Shown here: one piece after another, positions 1 through 10,465 of the stretch | How positions within the stretch are numbered: the stretch's first letter is position 1 | Layout of the letters: each line of letters opens with the position of its first letter | IMG/VR virus record: IMGVR_UViG_3300028888_000005 | Coordinates: 1 to 64,000 of that record | Origin: a virus | Lineage: Duplodnaviria > Caudoviricetes | Direction: 5' to 3' (one strand) | Length of the DNA: 64,000 nt | Notes under the pieces: model-generated | The model's input: only the letters and a program-made list of their open reading frames with translations | Databases searched by the model: none | Told to the model about the DNA's origin: nothing | Made by a program: the position numbers and the translations under genes

Positions 1-615
1 TGAAAGTTCTTTCACGCAAAGCTCCACTAATGTTGGTAACAGAGCTGACTCAATAGGGAAGTTGCTGTCAAGGATATCACAATGCTTGCCTTCAGCGTCA
101 CATAGCAGGTCAGCAACCGCACTGGGATCATCAAAGATGCCAGACACCTTTACGTGTTTCATGTACAGGAACTGAGGGTTCTGGCTGTTCATCCATAGAT
201 GTCTGTCAGGTCCAAGGGCGGCGTAGGTCATATTCTTTGTCCAGCGGTTATAGCCTACAAAACGCATCCTGTCCATAGACACAAATGAGATATGTTCACC
301 ACGGAAGAAGTTGAGCGGATATACCTTGGTGGATGCTGACGTGATCGTTGCTGGGATTTCCTTTGTGCTTTTGAGCATGTATCCGCTTTCGCAGGGGAAT
401 CCGTCAAGAGCGTCAACCTTTTCCAGGTCCAAACAGATAGTCTGGTAGTTGCTCTCTGGTATGTCCTTCTTGATGTCCTTGTAATGCTGTTTAAGCAGCA
501 TTGAGCGATAGTTGCTGGCCAGCCAAATAACGTGCTCCTGAGTAAAGGATGCGTCATCACTGACAAGCTTCAGCTCATCAAGTATCATATAAACCACTTC
601 TCGGTAGGTGCTCAT
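1..615 (-). CDS. crAss-like tail ring protein (truncated by window edge; absent from ORF track)
   Basis: Open frame from ATG at 615 (MSTYREVVYMILDELKLVSDDASFTQEHVIW...) to the window edge. Position follows the hub genes as in crAss001 gp38-39-40. Confidence 0.7.
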   Translation of the reverse strand, partial: MSTYREVVYMILDELKLVSDDASFTQEHVIWLASNYRSMLLKQHYKDIKKDIPESNYQTICLDLEKVDALDGFPCESGYMLKSTKEIPATITSASTKVYPLNFFRGEHISFVSMDRMRFVGYNRWTKNMTYAALGPDRHLWMNSQNPQFLYMKHVKVSGIFDDPSAVADLLCDAEGKHCDILDSNFPIESALLPTLVELCVKELS

Positions 616-636
616 ATCATTTGTATTTAGTAAGTG

Positions 637-644
637 CAAAGGTA
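637..644 (-). promoter_or_regulatory. Bacteroidetes sigma-A -7 box (TACCTTTG)
   Basis: Matches TAnnTTTG, 22 nt upstream of ATG 615. Confidence 0.6.
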
Positions 645-709
645 AAGACAACAAATCCACCGTCAGGTTTTGATAGTGGATTTGTAACAGGCAGTAAGCA
701 AACGACTAA

Positions 710-1081
710 TTAAATCTTAGGACGGGTTCTACTGTCCTCTGATTCAATGATTCGTTGTTGCGTTTCAGTAGAGCGCAGGTTAGTATTCTCAGTAGCCCTG
801 AATGAGGCAACCACACCCATGTTACTAGGCTCAGACAGACGGATACCAGTCGATGGAACAGTTACTAGACACCCAGACTTTGCAAGGCACCGTATCACGC
901 TGTTGATGATAGTGGCACCCTTATCATCCAGATGCTGCCATAAAGGACCGTCTATAATCTGATCCACAAGGAACGTGTATATCAGCATACCTTCGGTCAC
1001 AGCATGAGGATAATGTCCCTGAACTTCCAGCACATCAAAGTAACGGCGCAGACCGTTGTAAGCATTAACCGTATGTTCCAT
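710..1081 (-). CDS. putative tail hub protein B
   Basis: 123 aa, overlaps the upstream hub gene; assigned by synteny. Confidence 0.55.
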   Translation of the reverse strand: MEHTVNAYNGLRRYFDVLEVQGHYPHAVTEGMLIYTFLVDQIIDGPLWQHLDDKGATIINSVIRCLAKSGCLVTVPSTGIRLSEPSNMGVVASFRATENTNLRSTETQQRIIESEDSRTRPKI

Positions 1082-2105
1082 GACAACCGCAGCCTCCAGT
1101 GGTTAACGAGCCAGATGTGGACTCTGAGTTGGTAAGATAGTTAGACCAGTAATACTGGGCTTGACACAGGTCACCGCATTTCAGCGCAAAGAGGAAGCCA
1201 TAGTAGCGCATAAGAAAGTCGATGAAGGAATTGGCATCGCGGGTATCGCAAGTATTGCCATAGTTAGCGGCATACTTCATAGCCGCATCATACAATGGCT
1301 TCGTATTGTATGCGACACCGACAATCTCACTGACATCCTGACCACACTCAAGTTCAACGATATCCTCAGTACCTGCTGTAGCTGTTGCGGTAACAATGAA
1401 CATGGTCTTGGTGAAATCCTTAGTGACAATGCCAGACAAACCATCATCCCAGCCTAAGCATAGATGCACATGGCGGTTCTTTGTCCCGACAGTAATCGGG
1501 TCTACGATAAGGCCCTCATGGAAAGCAATAATATAACCATTAATGAAGGCGTTAACGTCCTCGATGTTAACCTCGTCGTTGCCCGTAAGGTCACCAGGTG
1601 TAGACCCGGCATTGGGAAATGAAGCGTCACCGATGTTTTCCCAAATAAAGTCAAGAAGCTTTGGTAGGAATCTATTACCAGACCAGTCAACAACGGGAAC
1701 ACGTAGTGAGATGGACTTATAAATAGCATAGATATTAGCATCGATATCTATTTCAGCGGTGACGTTATCTTCTGTTTCCGGGTCTACTACAGTAGCCTTA
1801 TAATAATGAGTTCCGTCATCTCTGGTATATACTTTTCTGTCGCCAATATTAAATAACGTAGCCCATACAGCGACATCGTCTTCACCGAGAACACCATCAT
1901 TGTTAAGATCGCCAACAATCCTTACTCCTGGTTTATACACCTCTACAGCCTCGACAGACTTACCACCATACTGACAATTTGAGCCTATATCAACTTTGAT
2001 GCTGTTGATGTAGAAATTGTCATACTCAGGCATATCGTCTATAGCGGCATCTATGACCAGCTTCTTGCCGTCATCTGTCACATATAGTTCATTGAAATGT
2101 ATCAT
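1065..2105 (-). CDS. putative tail hub protein A with two inserted dockerin-type repeats
   Basis: N-term MIHFNELYVTDDGKKLVID and C-term ...GGCGCHG resemble crAss hub proteins. Contains GDLNNDGVLGEDDV and GDLTGNDEVNIEDV. Confidence 0.65.
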   Translation of the reverse strand: MIHFNELYVTDDGKKLVIDAAIDDMPEYDNFYINSIKVDIGSNCQYGGKSVEAVEVYKPGVRIVGDLNNDGVLGEDDVAVWATLFNIGDRKVYTRDDGTHYYKATVVDPETEDNVTAEIDIDANIYAIYKSISLRVPVVDWSGNRFLPKLLDFIWENIGDASFPNAGSTPGDLTGNDEVNIEDVNAFINGYIIAFHEGLIVDPITVGTKNRHVHLCLGWDDGLSGIVTKDFTKTMFIVTATATAGTEDIVELECGQDVSEIVGVAYNTKPLYDAAMKYAANYGNTCDTRDANSFIDFLMRYYGFLFALKCGDLCQAQYYWSNYLTNSESTSGSLTTGGCGCHGTYG

Positions 2106-2118
2106 AGTCTTTGATAAT

Positions 2119-2152
2119 TAAAAGGAGCGGCAACCGTCTGGCCACCGCTCCG
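2119..2152 (-). terminator. intrinsic terminator
   Basis: GGAGCGG...CCGCTCC stem followed by TTTT on the minus strand. Confidence 0.65.
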
Positions 2153-2191
2153 TGATAAACGAGACGATTTCGGTTAGAAGAAATGCCTGGA

Positions 2192-3334
2192 TTAATCGCC
2201 CTCAGCTGCTTCCTCAAGATCAGCAACACGTGCCTCAAGACCTGCGGCAGTTGCTACGGGAACATACTTACCACTTGACTCAGTGACAACAGTGTAGTAG
2301 TCCAAACCAGCAGCACCTGCAACAGATGCAGCAAGGTCAGCCAGCTTTGCAGCTGAACGGTTGTCCTTCGATGCAACGATGGTCATATCACGTTCAGACT
2401 TCTGCGGGCCTTCATTATCGATGTCATCCCAGAAGTGGATAACGACATAGTCGTACTCACCAGTGGGGCTGACGAGCAGGGCCTCAGGAGTGGTGATGCT
2501 CAGGGGCCAGTCCTTACCACGGTACTGGTCACCGCGCTCACCCATGCAGAACCACTCAAGGTCAGCTGTCTCGTAGCCGTTCTTGATGTATTCGCCACTA
2601 ACGACACCTTCAGTACAGGTTGCCCATACACGGTCCTCAACGCCACTCACAACGATGGGAGAGAAACGTACAGTGAAGTCAGGACTGGTCAGTTTCATAC
2701 GACCACGCTCATAAGGTTGAACAAACTCAGTGAGCAGGATCTCAGAAGCAACGAGACTGGTGTCGCTGTCGCTCAGGTCAGAAACCTTAGTGTTGGGAGT
2801 TACAGCAGTGTAGGTAGCTGCACTGCTGCCTGCTTTGGTCTTCACACTGATGGTGAAAGGCATGTCAATCTCACGGGAGAAATTCTTAGCCAAAGTTACA
2901 GCGAGGTTAGCGATAAGGTCACTAGCTGAGCCAAAAGCGATGGCAGCGGTGAACTTCTCGTAGGTGTCCTCATCACTCATGCCGAAGTAGTTACGGAAGG
3001 CGAAGTTGATGATGTAGTGCTGACCTACAACAGGGGTACCTTCAGTTGCAGGGTCATTGGCATTCATAGCGATAGTCCAGGTGCGCAGGGGCTTACGCAT
3101 AGCCTCAGCGGGGGTGTAGGTAACCCACTTTACCTTACCCTTCTTGATGCGGTCTGTGGCGATAATGCCGCCGGGACTCTTGTACTGGAAGTACTGGAAC
3201 GAACCGTCTGCTGATTTGCATTGTACTACAGCACCAGTATTACTAGCGCTTGTGAGCTTACTGTAACTTTGATCGCCAACAAGCGTCGAAGCGGTAACGC
3301 AGTAGAATTGATTTACTTGATTAACTGAATACAT
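2192..3334 (-). CDS. auxiliary capsid protein (crAss001 gp36-like)
   Basis: 380 aa, MYSVNQVNQFY start, ADLEWFCMGERGDQYR motif, synteny, strong codon bias. Confidence 0.7.
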   Translation of the reverse strand: MYSVNQVNQFYCVTASTLVGDQSYSKLTSASNTGAVVQCKSADGSFQYFQYKSPGGIIATDRIKKGKVKWVTYTPAEAMRKPLRTWTIAMNANDPATEGTPVVGQHYIINFAFRNYFGMSDEDTYEKFTAAIAFGSASDLIANLAVTLAKNFSREIDMPFTISVKTKAGSSAATYTAVTPNTKVSDLSDSDTSLVASEILLTEFVQPYERGRMKLTSPDFTVRFSPIVVSGVEDRVWATCTEGVVSGEYIKNGYETADLEWFCMGERGDQYRGKDWPLSITTPEALLVSPTGEYDYVVIHFWDDIDNEGPQKSERDMTIVASKDNRSAAKLADLAASVAGAAGLDYYTVVTESSGKYVPVATAAGLEARVADLEEAAEGD

Positions 3335-3366
3335 AATCGTAATGTGTTTTGTTTAACGAATGTTGA

Positions 3367-4140
3367 TTAATTCTTTTCCTCCTTAACAGGACCCACACGA
3401 CTGCTGATAGCCATTCTTACGGCACCGTCAAGAATGAGACGATGCAACGAATCATGAAGCTCGCAGGAACTCTTCGTTGACTCACCGTTGATAGTGAGTC
3501 CGTCACCTAAATCAGTCAGTATGATTGGCCTGGGTCGGCGGATGTATTTGACGTAGTACTTTCCGAGAGGGTACTTCGACAGGATCTCCACATAGTTGCT
3601 CACGTCTTTACCATTGTCAAGGCGTAGGGCACGGCGGCGGTTAGGGCCACGGAAGGGATTACCCTTGATACGATGAAACGTATCGTAGGTAACGGGAACA
3701 ACTTCAACAGGGAAATCAGACTCATCGATAGGGCAGTCAGTATTATCCCAGCCATCAGTGCTGTAACGTGCAGCTTCGTACACGATAAACCACAGGTTAA
3801 GGTTACTGTAACTGCCTCCATCGGTTAAGTCTGCTAAACGGAAGAACTGTGTGCCGTTAGTGATGTGGGTCTTATCTTCATTCCACACATCAAGCACGCG
3901 TTCATCCAACAGGTTGTCCAGGTCACGACGTAGCTGTTCAGTGCGTTCAAAGCTACCGATGCTGCTGCTGTCTGAGTAGAGGGCAAGCACGAGGTTCTCC
4001 TGCTCACGTGTGAGGTAGACACTCTTCTCGTACTCATTGAATGCGAGCATAGTGCTGTCACTCTTCCCGAAACCATGCTCATGCAGGTAACTGGAAGCGA
4101 GAACATCAAACTCGTAGCTCATCTCATCTACAGTCATCAT
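3367..4140 (-). CDS. tail ring protein
   Basis: Paralogue of the adjacent gene (EYEKSVYLT, RPRPIIL, CELHDSLH). Confidence 0.7.
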   Translation of the reverse strand: MMTVDEMSYEFDVLASSYLHEHGFGKSDSTMLAFNEYEKSVYLTREQENLVLALYSDSSSIGSFERTEQLRRDLDNLLDERVLDVWNEDKTHITNGTQFFRLADLTDGGSYSNLNLWFIVYEAARYSTDGWDNTDCPIDESDFPVEVVPVTYDTFHRIKGNPFRGPNRRRALRLDNGKDVSNYVEILSKYPLGKYYVKYIRRPRPIILTDLGDGLTINGESTKSSCELHDSLHRLILDGAVRMAISSRVGPVKEEKN

Positions 4141-4961
4141 TCACTCCTTTCTCCCATTGTAGTGACTAACTGCGTCTGGTTGGCATCGCCTACGTAGAAC
4201 GCCTTGGCGAGTTCAACGGCACGCTGAAGAACCTCCTCATGCAATACGACAGGAAGCTCACACTCTGTTTGTTCATAGTACCCATCGATTTTAAGACCAG
4301 AGAATGTTGAACCAGACATAGTTCCGATAGCGGTGAGGATAATCGGCTTTGGCATACCGACATAGCGGATGTTATAGCCAACGATACTATCACCAAGACC
4401 GACAATCAGCTCCGGAACACCGTCAACAAACATTCTCCACGCCTGTGAACGAGGGGGGCGTTTAAAGGGACGCGACATCAGAGTATCATATTCCTGCGAG
4501 GACAGGGGGATAACAACAAGATAAGAAGGTGCAGAACGGTTACCACGTGTAATCTTCACATTCTCATTGAGGATAGCCAGGATGTCATCATAGTCAAATG
4601 ATTCACTGGAGCCAGAAGAGGCATTCAGTGAGCCTGGATTACTCGGAGTGACACCGCCTGGAGTGGTGCCGCCAGATGTGGGAGACCAACGCAAGGCATT
4701 GATGCAATGAACACCGTCTGTCGTGAAGTTAGTGAGCGTAAGGTCTTTGACCAGTGCAGAGAACTCCACTTGACGCTTAGGACTACCATCAATGCCTTCC
4801 TTGTACTTGTTGCCCTGCTGGTTAAGATGGTTCTTGACCACCTCAAGCTGAGCCTTAGTAAGGAACACACTCTTCTCATACTCGTCAAGACCAGGGGCCT
4901 GCGAGGATGTGATGTTGTTGTACAAAACGTCAAACTGTGTAGAGAACTCTTGTGTAGTCAT
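4137..4961 (-). CDS. tail ring protein
   Basis: FDVLYNNITSSQAPGLDEYEKSVFLTKAQ, PKPIIL and CELPVVLHEEVLQRAVELA motifs. Confidence 0.75.
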   Translation of the reverse strand: MTTQEFSTQFDVLYNNITSSQAPGLDEYEKSVFLTKAQLEVVKNHLNQQGNKYKEGIDGSPKRQVEFSALVKDLTLTNFTTDGVHCINALRWSPTSGGTTPGGVTPSNPGSLNASSGSSESFDYDDILAILNENVKITRGNRSAPSYLVVIPLSSQEYDTLMSRPFKRPPRSQAWRMFVDGVPELIVGLGDSIVGYNIRYVGMPKPIILTAIGTMSGSTFSGLKIDGYYEQTECELPVVLHEEVLQRAVELAKAFYVGDANQTQLVTTMGERSE

Positions 4962-4964
4962 AGT

Positions 4965-5870
4965 TTACTGCTCTTTCTTGGATTCCTGTACCTGTTTCTG
5001 TAAGCTGAACAGCAGCTCCTGCTGACGCGGACCCATCAGATAACGGGCAGCGTTGGTAAGGGTAGGATTCTCACCGTCCTTGCACAATGGGCTGTTATCA
5101 GCTTTGTTATAATAAAAGTCTCCGCGTTTTGCTACGAGGCCAGAAGCGACACACTGACGCAACAGCAACTTGGTTGAGAACAACTCATCCTTGATGACTT
5201 TAAGGAAGAGCTTGGGGTCAGCCTGAATGAGCTCATTGATCTTAGTCTGAAGATAAGCCTCGGAGGTGTTGAATGCGAGCTCGTCTCCAGTGATGGAGAG
5301 GATGACAAAGCGCATAGCGTCCTTGTCGTGCTCGATCTTACCAAACTCCTTGTAGCTCATCATCGTGTTGCTCATCTGTTGCTGCGCGTTACGTGTCTCA
5401 TCATCTGCTCTCAGTATCACAAACTGATAAGTGGCTTTAGGACGCTCTTGCAGGGTCTCAATGTCAGGAGCAATAAAGTCCTTGTTAGCCAATGCGATCT
5501 TATAACGGATGTAGTCATTGGGATTGCTCAAGTCCAGATAAGTATCGTCCTTGCCCAATACAATGTTACTGATTCCGTTTACATTAGCATCTGACCAGAA
5601 GTTATTCGCAGGTTTGTTGTACACGCTAAGTGCATTGTACTCCATACCCATGATATGCTCGAGATAGTCTTTCTCGTCTTTGGTCAGCACATTGACGTAT
5701 ACGCCACTCTTCAGTTTAGGCACACAGAAGGTTCTTGTGGCACCCTCACCAAGTCCACCATAGAGGACATGTTTGGGGTTATCGACAAGCCCAGTCTGCT
5801 TAGGAATGTGCCTGATCGTGATGCGCTCATTGCGCAGACAGTTTTTCAATTCGTTCTGTTCTTTCTCCAT
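4965..5870 (-). CDS. conserved crAss protein downstream of major capsid gene
   Basis: About 301 aa from the likely ATG at 5870; position next to the MCP gene. Confidence 0.65.
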   Translation of the reverse strand: MEKEQNELKNCLRNERITIRHIPKQTGLVDNPKHVLYGGLGEGATRTFCVPKLKSGVYVNVLTKDEKDYLEHIMGMEYNALSVYNKPANNFWSDANVNGISNIVLGKDDTYLDLSNPNDYIRYKIALANKDFIAPDIETLQERPKATYQFVILRADDETRNAQQQMSNTMMSYKEFGKIEHDKDAMRFVILSITGDELAFNTSEAYLQTKINELIQADPKLFLKVIKDELFSTKLLLRQCVASGLVAKRGDFYYNKADNSPLCKDGENPTLTNAARYLMGPRQQELLFSLQKQVQESKKEQ

Positions 5871-5978
5871 TCTTTGTTCTCCTTCCCGCATCAAGGCCCT
5901 CAGCTAGTGGTTATCACACCCCCAACGGAGGACCACAGCGGTTCTTATGAAATCATCTAAAACTTAAATAACAACAGT

Positions 5979-7493
5979 TTAGGCTGCGAGGACGTTGGGC
6001 ACGATGCTCATGGTGCGGGTAGGATCATAGATCAGGATACCCAGCTGTGCCATCTTGTGGATAACGGCACTGTCCTCATCATAGCTCATGTAGGGGTTAT
6101 ACGAGGTGCCGAGGAACGGGTTGCGCATACCAGCCTGATAGCCACGATACTCAGGCTTACCGCTAATCTCACAGATCTGGATGTTGGGCTGATCCATAGA
6201 ACCAATGTCCATGATGTCATAGCGGTAACTCATTGCGGGACCACCAAGGTCATGAGGCATCTTGTTGCGTACGGGGTCATCGTAGAAGGGGTCAACCTCA
6301 ACACTCAGCACGAGACCATTGGGGGCACGCCACTCAGTGAACTGGTAGCCTGCTGCCAGCGAGGTCTGATGCAGGGGAGAGTTGGTCTTCTGAACAACAC
6401 CGACATTGGTGCCGTCAAGCTCAAATGGCATCCAGCCACTGACATCTTCCTTCACTGCTTTGTGGAACTGGGCAGCACCACGCTCACCAGTGCGGAGGAC
6501 AAACTTACGCTCATTGAAGTTCAGCTTAGCAGCACTGAGCTGATACAGGGCCTCCTCAATAAGGCGCAGCGAGAAGTCGTTGTAGTACATTGTATTGGCA
6601 ACCTCCATCTGCTCAAACAGACCAGCACCAGTCTTGATGACACCACCACTGCGACCAATGTTGGTATACTCGCCATTGCGGTTACGATTGCTGCGACCAA
6701 AGACAAGAGCATTGTTCTTATACTCAGAGAACTGCTCCTCGACCTTGTAGTCCACATAGTACATCCAGGTATCAACAACAGTATGGGTATAACGGCCATT
6801 GGTTTGTTTTACGATGGGCAAACCGATAGCAAGTTTCTTGTCAAGGTCATTGCCGGTCACCTTATGCTGGATACGTACAGTACTCCACTCATTGCGCATA
6901 GCTACAGGTGCGGAGAAGCGTACATCACCAACCTTGCGGCTCAGCTCATTCTCAACGAATGCGGCCTCAATAGAGAAGCGCTCACCAGGGAGCAGACGCT
7001 CTGCGGGAACACCATCAATGTTACCACCGCCAAGCTCAACAGGATATACGAAACGGGTACCTTCCTTGCGGGGATTTTCAAGGATACGGAACTGATAGAT
7101 TTCGTTCAGGTTACCAACGATGTACTCACCGAGGGCAAACCAATCCTCGTCAAACACAAGCTCAAAGCGGGCAGTACCAGCACCGATGTTAGTGGAATGG
7201 CTAGCGGTTACAACAACACCGTCTTCATCACGTGCCTCTACCAGAGGGATGTTGCGGCGTGAGGAACCGATAACGTTCCAATAGAACTCCTCGTCATTAT
7301 CGAACTGCTTACGGGGCAGACGGTTCACGAGGCTCTCAAGTGTATTGCCGTGATGAAAGGCCAACAGCTCAATCATCGTATTGGTGGCAAGCTGAGGCTT
7401 ACGTCCAAAGATAGCGCCAAGGTGGTTCTCCTTGGTCATGCCTTTCCAGGTCTTAAAGCCTACTTTCTGAAATTTATTAAGTCTTCCTGACAT
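5979..7493 (-). CDS. major capsid protein
   Basis: 504 aa, WKGMTKENHLGAIF N-terminus, crAss MCP-like sequence, strong codon bias. Confidence 0.9.
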   Translation of the reverse strand: MSGRLNKFQKVGFKTWKGMTKENHLGAIFGRKPQLATNTMIELLAFHHGNTLESLVNRLPRKQFDNDEEFYWNVIGSSRRNIPLVEARDEDGVVVTASHSTNIGAGTARFELVFDEDWFALGEYIVGNLNEIYQFRILENPRKEGTRFVYPVELGGGNIDGVPAERLLPGERFSIEAAFVENELSRKVGDVRFSAPVAMRNEWSTVRIQHKVTGNDLDKKLAIGLPIVKQTNGRYTHTVVDTWMYYVDYKVEEQFSEYKNNALVFGRSNRNRNGEYTNIGRSGGVIKTGAGLFEQMEVANTMYYNDFSLRLIEEALYQLSAAKLNFNERKFVLRTGERGAAQFHKAVKEDVSGWMPFELDGTNVGVVQKTNSPLHQTSLAAGYQFTEWRAPNGLVLSVEVDPFYDDPVRNKMPHDLGGPAMSYRYDIMDIGSMDQPNIQICEISGKPEYRGYQAGMRNPFLGTSYNPYMSYDEDSAVIHKMAQLGILIYDPTRTMSIVPNVLAA

Positions 7494-7568
7494 GGTTATA
7501 TTGAATTAAAAATGAATACTCTTTTTATCCTGCTCCTGTTCCATCTATTCCCTGCCAGGTTGACGTTG

Positions 7569-8696
7569 TTATGCGTCCAAGTCCCAATCGCCGCTGAGGA
7601 AGGACTCTGGATCACTGGTCACTCCCCCAACAAGGCGCAAGCTGCCGTCTGGATTACGCTGCGTATCATTGATGACACGCTCAAGTTCGGCAAGACCTTT
7701 GGCTGTACGTTTCTTGACCTGAGGGTCAATCAGCTTCTCAACGTTAGTGAATCCGTCTGTAAGCACGTACAGCAAACCGACATTACGGCTGAACTTGTCA
7801 GGGTCTTCGCGTTGCGCCCACTGCACCTCTGTATAATAGTTACCGTCATCGTCTTTCTTTGTCGGCTTAGTCAGCACGTCAAATACGCGGCGGCGAGTTG
7901 ATTGGTCAAGGTCAACAGTCCCGAAAGCCTTCTTATCCTCAAGCAATGATTTCTCAAAGTTCTTGATGCGGGTATTCTGGCTTTCCTCAGCAAGCCTGCG
8001 CTGCTCTCTGGCGTTTTCCAGGAAAGCATTGTAGCGTCCGTGGAAGAACTCCTTGTTGGCAGCAAGCGCATCTCTGGCATCCTCGATATCTGTGCCTGCA
8101 TCGATGGACTTCTTGACCTCCTTAATGGCCTTGTCATGTGAGTAACCACGGTTAACAAGGTCCTGATAAATGAGCCTGCGGCGAATCTCATCACCCCGCT
8201 CATTGCGTTCTGAGAGCGCATCATCAGTCACCTGGTCCAGATAATTGATTGCGTTCTCGTAAGATTGCACCTCACTAGGCTTCATACCATAGTTCAGTGC
8301 TTCGTTGACCCTGCGCTGACGTTCATCGAGGCCAGCCTGGATCTGTTTATCAACGAGCTCCCTGAATGACTTAGCGTCAATGACGGCATTCACGTCGTCG
8401 TCGTTAGTGTCAGGAAAGACCCCCTCCTCGCGTAAAGCAACGGCGATGGAATTGAACAGGTTGGTTGGCGTAGGAGAACCGCTGCCCGGAGCAGGGGGTT
8501 CATTGCGGGTGTCTACGCTCTTTGGATCGCTTTTAGATGAAAATACATCCTCCAGGTCCTCGACAACCTCTTCTTCATCTTCCTGAAACTCTTCTTTTAC
8601 CTGATCTTCACTGGTGGGGTTATCCGCATCGAGGTCACCAAGAATCTTACCCAGCTCCTCGTCAGTGAAGATGTTTTCTGAATCCAATGTTTCCAT
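7569..8696 (-). CDS. conserved crAss protein upstream of MCP (putative scaffold)
   Basis: Acidic N-terminus, helical/coiled-coil composition, position. Confidence 0.6.
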   Translation of the reverse strand: METLDSENIFTDEELGKILGDLDADNPTSEDQVKEEFQEDEEEVVEDLEDVFSSKSDPKSVDTRNEPPAPGSGSPTPTNLFNSIAVALREEGVFPDTNDDDVNAVIDAKSFRELVDKQIQAGLDERQRRVNEALNYGMKPSEVQSYENAINYLDQVTDDALSERNERGDEIRRRLIYQDLVNRGYSHDKAIKEVKKSIDAGTDIEDARDALAANKEFFHGRYNAFLENAREQRRLAEESQNTRIKNFEKSLLEDKKAFGTVDLDQSTRRRVFDVLTKPTKKDDDGNYYTEVQWAQREDPDKFSRNVGLLYVLTDGFTNVEKLIDPQVKKRTAKGLAELERVINDTQRNPDGSLRLVGGVTSDPESFLSGDWDLDA

Positions 8697-8717
8697 TCTT
8701 AATCTCCTTTATTGTTA

Positions 8718-8912
8718 TTACTTGTCCTTAACCTTTTTCTTGGCGGCACGTTTTGCAGGACTGTGCATAGGTTTCGGCTCAGAGGGCTCGACTTCCTTCT
8801 TGTCGGGAATGTCTGGCTTACGCATCTCAGTGTCATTCCTCGTGTATCGCCTGCAAGCATAAGCGGCGCCGCATACAGCAACGATAATAACAGCAATTAA
8901 AATATAATCCAT
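8718..8912 (-). CDS. small membrane-anchored protein with basic tail
   Basis: N-terminal hydrophobic helix; TACTTTTG box upstream at 8954-8961. Confidence 0.55.
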   Translation of the reverse strand: MDYILIAVIIVAVCGAAYACRRYTRNDTEMRKPDIPDKKEVEPSEPKPMHSPAKRAAKKKVKDK

Positions 8913-9030
8913 AATCTATTGATTTAAAGTTGTTGGCGTTTCGCCGTGATGTGCAAAAGTAGTATATGAGAAAACTTAGAAGAAAGACATAAAGCTTACG
9001 CTAATAATCATGCATGTAATTTACTAATAA

Positions 9031-9330
9031 TTATAGGAAACGTGTAAGATATCCGTGTGTCTTCATGGCTAAGTAGCCGATAAGATATGCGGCTTCCTCC
9101 CCGTCCTCAGGGACATTATAGTACCTGCATATATGAGACTGAACATGCTTCAGTTCGTGTATCATTGTGTTGAGAAACTGCTGTCTGCTGTTTGCCCTGC
9201 CTATAGCGACAATGCTCCACTTCTTTTTGAAATCAGTATGGGTGAAGCCAGAATTGACCTCACCCAAATAAACATTGTAGCAGATTGTTACAAGCCAATG
9301 ACCGTTAATGTCTATGTCCTGTCTTAGCAT
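9031..9330 (-). CDS. hypothetical protein with HExxH motif
   Basis: TMIHELKH; likely start MLRQD overlapping the upstream stop. Confidence 0.5.
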   Translation of the reverse strand: MLRQDIDINGHWLVTICYNVYLGEVNSGFTHTDFKKKWSIVAIGRANSRQQFLNTMIHELKHVQSHICRYYNVPEDGEEAAYLIGYLAMKTHGYLTRFL

Positions 9331-9746
9331 TATAGCATTTCTTCCCAGTCTATAGCGACACCAGTGTAGCACATGTCTGCATACCAACGGTTAAATACAA
9401 TACCGTCATAACCGTCTGGGTCATCAATAACATCCTTAATGTACAAGGCCATGTGCTTATCATCGGTTATACACGAACCGAAGAAGTCAGCCCTGCACAT
9501 ATTGGCTACGTACGTGGAATCATAGAGCTGGTCGTTTTTAAGCGATATGCCATAGGAAGAGAGCATACCTGTCACCTGTTCTTTAGTGAACGGTGTGATA
9601 CGCTTTTCTACCCCATTGACAGTCTTTGTCATCCGGCTAACGGCAAACTCATGCAACTTACGGTTGAAATGAGGGCCGTAGTGTCTCATGTACGAGACCA
9701 TAGCCTCAGGCATATCATCAAACTGTGTGAAATTAACCCTGCTCAT
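9330..9746 (-). CDS. conserved Bacteroidetes-phage hypothetical protein
   Basis: YGPHFN, YVANM..ADF and DDPDGYDG motifs. Confidence 0.65.
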   Translation of the reverse strand: MSRVNFTQFDDMPEAMVSYMRHYGPHFNRKLHEFAVSRMTKTVNGVEKRITPFTKEQVTGMLSSYGISLKNDQLYDSTYVANMCRADFFGSCITDDKHMALYIKDVIDDPDGYDGIVFNRWYADMCYTGVAIDWEEML

Positions 9747-9749
9747 GGT

Positions 9750-9962
9750 TTATCGACGGTAACCATATCTGCCACCACGCATACGCATGGAGGTATTATT
9801 GCGCTCCGAGTATTCTTCCTCTTCGTCTTCGTACTCATCACGCTCACCATGACGAGCCTCTTCAAGGCAGTCTACCAGCTCAGCAGCGTACATCTCCATC
9901 TCTTTAGCTTTACGCAGCATACGTTCTTTGTCCTTCTTGGACCTGAAAGATAACATGATCAT
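9750..9962 (-). CDS. small hypothetical protein
   Basis: Tightly packed in the operon; acidic then RG-rich tail. Confidence 0.6.
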   Translation of the reverse strand: MIMLSFRSKKDKERMLRKAKEMEMYAAELVDCLEEARHGERDEYEDEEEEYSERNNTSMRMRGGRYGYRR

Positions 9963-9964
9963 AA

Positions 9965-10453
9965 TTATTTTGTTTTAGGTTCATAACTGTTAGCCATATT
10001 AACCAGCATCTGCTTAAGCTCAGATACTTGCTCCTGTAAAGTCTGGATGGCCTTGTCCTTCTCTTTGTCTGCACGCAGAGCTGGATTAAGCTCCTCCAGG
10101 ATTTCACCATAATCAACCATGAGCTGCTTATGCTTTTCGTGGCTGTCAACAATGTTCTTGCTATTCTGATAGGCAGCACTGACGAAAGAGTTCATTGCCT
10201 CTTTGCTGTCCGCTAACACGAATGCATCAGGACCGAAGTTGGCGATGGTGTTGTTACAGGGCACTCGTTTAAACTCCCTACGTTCTCCGTCCACAATGGC
10301 AACAATATCCATTACTGTCTCCAAGGTCTGCCCAAATGTAGCATACTGGGGACGTGGCAGAGAAACATTGGATACGGTACCTGTGCTGAGCTTTGGCTTA
10401 TCCTTTGTTTCAAGGATATACAGAATACTGTTTTGACTTAAGTTAGTGAACAT
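9965..10453 (-). CDS. hypothetical protein, C-terminal coiled coil
   Basis: Operon packing. Confidence 0.65.
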   Translation of the reverse strand: MFTNLSQNSILYILETKDKPKLSTGTVSNVSLPRPQYATFGQTLETVMDIVAIVDGERREFKRVPCNNTIANFGPDAFVLADSKEAMNSFVSAAYQNSKNIVDSHEKHKQLMVDYGEILEELNPALRADKEKDKAIQTLQEQVSELKQMLVNMANSYEPKTK

Positions 10454-10465
10454 GGTTATACATTA

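Noticed and set aside
6057-7262. 401-aa plus-strand ORF
   Set aside because: Antisense shadow of the codon-biased major capsid gene.
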